The notes under the pieces are model-generated. The model was given only the letters and a program-made list of their open reading frames with translations, had not been told where the DNA came from and did not search any database. Shown in pieces: positions 62,966 to 64,000 of a DNA stretch of 64,000 nucleotides. Within the stretch, counting starts at the first letter, position 1, and every line of letters begins with the position of its first letter. The position numbers and the translations under genes were made by a program. Origin of the DNA: Lama guanicoe (lineage: Eukaryota); the NCBI GenBank assembly GCA_013239625.1, contig MU054323.1:18618819-18682818 (forward strand), in the 5' to 3' direction.

Positions 62966-63703
62966 ATCTTCTAAAATTTTTATGGAGATGGCCTGATTTT
63001 ATAATCTATTTAAAATTACTGAAAATCAGCAAAGCATCCAATGTGTATTACAAAAAGAGAAAAAATAATGTTAAATAAAGATTTAATTATAAATAAAATC
63101 TGGAAAAAATCATTTGGTACTTTTTATAACAGTGTAATATTTTTGAAAAATATTAGTGCTATTTAATTAACATGTGTAAATGGGTCTTTATTTTTTACTC
63201 CATATGTGCCAAAGGAATGTTTTCATATCAAAATAATCAATAACTGTGGTAGATATGTCCAAAGTTGTAAGATAATTCAAATATCTGAGAAACTACTTTC
63301 AAGTACTATTTATTAAAAAAAGAAAAATAACAAATCACGCATGATATTTCATAGTCTGCCTAAAAAAAGAATTGCTCAAATGATAGAGATTTGGGGCAAT
63401 AGTTACTATTCCTGAACAAAGGCATAAGACTCTGGAAGTTATATTTCTTTTTGTACATGTTACAGTTAAATAAAAGAATGTTTGCAGTAGAAAAGAATAC
63501 TTTGCAAAATTATTCCTTGTGTTGATGCTTCAATTCAAAGTAAATTTCTTTTCACTTCAAGTTTCTATTTCCTTTTCTCTGTTACTAAATAAAATGATAT
63601 TTGTACTTTACAATTGTAATTACATTTTACTAGTTTTGTATTTTAATTTATAAATCCAAGATTCCTAAATACTTACATGAGCTAAATTTTAAATTGAGGT
63701 CTT

Positions 63704-63799
63704 GGAGGAAGGGTGTAATTCAGTGGTAGAGCACATGCTTAGCATGTATGATGTCCTGGGTTCAATCCCCAGGACCTCCATTAAAAAAAAACAATAATT
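63704..63799 (+). mobile_element. tRNA-Ala-derived camelid SINE (short form)
   Basis: gggtgtaattcagtggtagagcacatgcttagcatgtatgatgtcctgggttcaatccccaggacctcca + A tail; TSD AAA(T/C)TGAGGTCTT at 63691-63703 and 63800-63812, preceded by TTTT (L1 EN site). Confidence 0.92.
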
Positions 63800-64000
63800 A
63801 AACTGAGGTCTTAATTACATCTTTAAATGATTAGTGTTTAAAGCAAAAGTATAAACAGAATTACTATAAATTAGAATGCTTATTTAATCTATTCCTTTAT
63901 GGACAGGTATAAATTTGTTGTACATTAATTTTTATAGAGAGGAAACAAATATTAGAGAAATATAATAGAAAGTATTTCTAAATCAAGTAGTAAAATAAAG

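Noticed and set aside
63704..63780. Functional tRNA-Ala gene (also 4089-4166)
   Set aside because: Stem mismatches, A tails and TSDs show these are retroposed SINE copies
1..64000. A host protein-coding gene, operon, CRISPR array or defence-type system
   Set aside because: Mammalian repeat-rich DNA. No ORF shows a recognisable non-TE domain, there is no repeat-spacer periodicity, and most listed ORFs are short, often with TTG/GTG starts.

Overview
AT-rich eutherian genomic DNA, most likely camelid (alpaca/llama/camel). The basis is two tRNA-Ala-derived SINEs of the vic-1 type plus cetartiodactyl-type L1 3' ends, with no recognisable Bov-B/Bov-A or PRE-1 copies. I can support no intact protein-coding gene or RNA gene. 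The ORF track is chance ORFs or decayed transposon frames. The window is intergenic or deep intronic, with layered repeats: (i) a ~4 kb L1 with a CpG-rich 5'UTR and ORF1 but nearly all of ORF2 (EN+RT) deleted, inserted in an L2; (ii) several short young L1 3' ends, one carrying a 41-bp 3' transduction and two ending early; (iii) an old 5'-intact, 3'-truncated L1; (iv) a ~2.5 kb two-LTR ERV1 provirus with a tRNA-Ile-like PBS in which gag is joined to the integrase C-terminus; (v) ancient L2, MIR, L3/CR1, Tigger1, MER44, MER33, MER94, MER5 and a BlackJack hAT transposase relic. Candidate non-coding exons and enhancer motif clusters are low confidence. I found no evidence of a novel biological system; the best leads are retrotransposition-mechanism and CpG-evolution oddities. 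Family names come from recalled consensus sequences, and boundaries of old repeats are approximate.
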